From Nitrospirales bacterium (GTDB taxonomy: Bacteria; Nitrospirota; Nitrospiria; Nitrospirales; UBA8639): DNA of 64,000 nucleotides. Below, in pieces: positions 62,716 to 64,000 of this stretch (position 1 is the stretch's first letter; every line of letters begins with the position of its first letter). Location: the NCBI GenBank assembly GCA_965203295.1, contig CBDBCZ010000019.1, forward strand, positions 1,344,001-1,408,000, read 5' to 3'. The notes under the pieces are model-generated. The model was not told where the DNA came from and did no database searches. It saw nothing but the letters and a program-made list of their open reading frames with translations. The position numbers and the translations under genes are program-made.

Positions 62716-62863
62716 CACAATGCTCCTGAATCGTGTAGAGACGGGTTCGGAATCTAGCACTTGTCCTTTGGCCAGTCAACGAATGAGGAAACATCCTCAA
62801 AACTTGCAGCCTGGTGACGAATCAGTTATTAATCCCTTTAAGTAGATTGAGACGATGCCGTAG

Positions 62864-62992
62864 GTGTTTCCCTATGAGGATGTGTTTATTGGAGGAGTCA
62901 GTCTCCTCATTGTCGGATTGTTGATCATTCGATGGAGGTTTGTTCGAAAGGGTCGATTTGTCAACACATCACTTCCGCAAGAAGAGGAGTAA
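62864..62992 (+). CDS. Possible 42-aa single-TM small protein
   Basis: GTG start: MFPYEDVFIGGVSLLIVGLLIIRWRFVRKGRFVNTSLPQEEE*; hairpin at 63003-63029 downstream. Confidence 0.45.
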   Translation: MFPYEDVFIGGVSLLIVGLLIIRWRFVRKGRFVNTSLPQEEE

Positions 62993-63096
62993 CCTAAGCT
63001 GGCGATGAATGCGGGTATCGCATTCGTTGATCTTTCTGGTATCGTCCTTTTATAATTTCGCTTCTTTAATATTAATTGTCCATTCTTATGAATCTC

Positions 63097-63831
63097 ATGG
63101 CACGACTTCAACGTTCCGATGGCCGAAGATCTGATGAAATGCGGCCGGTGAACATTACGCAGGCATTTATCAAATATGCGGATGGCTCTGTCTTAATGGC
63201 CATGGGAGATACGAAGGTTATTTGTACAGCATCGGTAGAGGAAAAGGTGCCTCCCTTTTTACGAGATAAGAAGCAGGGGTGGGTGACAGCCGAATACGCC
63301 ATGCTTCCTCGGTCGACCCATGATCGGACACCTCGAGAGGCAACCCGAGGAAAACAAGGGGGGCGCACCATGGAAATTCAACGGCTCGTAGGGCGGGCAC
63401 TCCGTGCTGTGACAGATATGACCCTGTTAGGCGAGAGGACGGTATGGATTGATTGCGATGTCATTCAAGCCGATGGGGGAACCCGCACGGCCTCCGTCAC
63501 GGGCGCATTTATTGCTTTGGCTGATGCGATAAAAGGGCTACGGACCAAAAATCTGATTCAGAAAAATCCCCTGCAGGATTATTTGGCAGCGGTGAGTGTG
63601 GGAAAAGTAGGTGGCCAGGTTTTGGTAGACTTGTGCTATGAAGAAGATTCGCTGGCTGAAGTGGATATGAATCTCGTCATGACCGGCAAAGGCCAGTTGG
63701 TAGAAATTCAGGGAACGGCGGAGAGGGCTCCATTTGATAAAAAAGACTTAGATGAATTTTTTAGCTTCGGGTGGACAGCAACCCAACAGTTGATTCAATT
63801 TCAGAAGGATTTAATCGGCGGCTTGAGGTAG
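63097..63831 (+). CDS. rph: Ribonuclease PH
   Basis: [47 protein letters not shown]. Confidence 0.98.
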   Translation: MARLQRSDGRRSDEMRPVNITQAFIKYADGSVLMAMGDTKVICTASVEEKVPPFLRDKKQGWVTAEYAMLPRSTHDRTPREATRGKQGGRTMEIQRLVGRALRAVTDMTLLGERTVWIDCDVIQADGGTRTASVTGAFIALADAIKGLRTKNLIQKNPLQDYLAAVSVGKVGGQVLVDLCYEEDSLAEVDMNLVMTGKGQLVEIQGTAERAPFDKKDLDEFFSFGWTATQQLIQFQKDLIGGLR

Positions 63832-63835
63832 AATA

Positions 63836-64000
63836 GTGGATGTGGTGTTGGCAACGGCTAATCAGGATAAGCGTCAGGAACTTGTCTCACTGTTAAGCTC
63901 GTTGGGAGTGAGGATTCGTGATTTGAATGAATTTCACGATATTCCTCCTATTATTGAAGACGGGAAAACCTGTGAAGAAAACGCCATCAAAAAAGCTATC
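63836..64000 (+). CDS. rdgB: dITP/XTP pyrophosphatase (5' part; runs off the window end)
   Basis: MDVVLATANQDKRQE...EDGKTCEENAIKKA directly after rph. Confidence 0.92.
   Translation, partial: MDVVLATANQDKRQELVSLLSSLGVRIRDLNEFHDIPPIIEDGKTCEENAIKKAI

Overview
This is a bacterial chromosomal window, most likely from Nitrospirota (Nitrospirales). That call is inferred from the UBact-proteasome operon, the gene set and a Nitrospira-type 126-bp inverted-repeat element. Most of the window is intact housekeeping DNA: tsf-rpsB, cinA-thpR-recA-alaS-mltG, valS-nadC-birA-coaX, grpE-dnaK-dnaJ-rsmE, guaB-guaA-rluB-aspS, serS with tRNA-Ser, and rph-rdgB. The standout is a Pup-like UBact conjugation/proteasome operon (arc-dop-ubact-prcB-prcA-pafA, 45.4-52.0 kb) in asymmetric decay. 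The ATPase, Dop and the beta subunit each carry an inactivating lesion. The modifier (ending in Glu), the ligase and the alpha subunit keep open frames. Several other accessory genes carry nonsense mutations, which suggests early genome erosion. Other oddities are a ProA paralog lacking its catalytic Cys, a protein with an apparently split sigma-70 region 4, a 12-NHL/FN3 protein without a signal peptide, an IPT/TIG protein with repeated Cys-Cys motifs and an unannotated 36-aa basic protein. Two tRNAs have decayed accessory segments at their 3' ends: a DUF5674 module at tRNA-Met, and IS1380/IS5/USP/HsdM remnants at tRNA-Ser. All family assignments come from motif recognition by eye; no searches were run.
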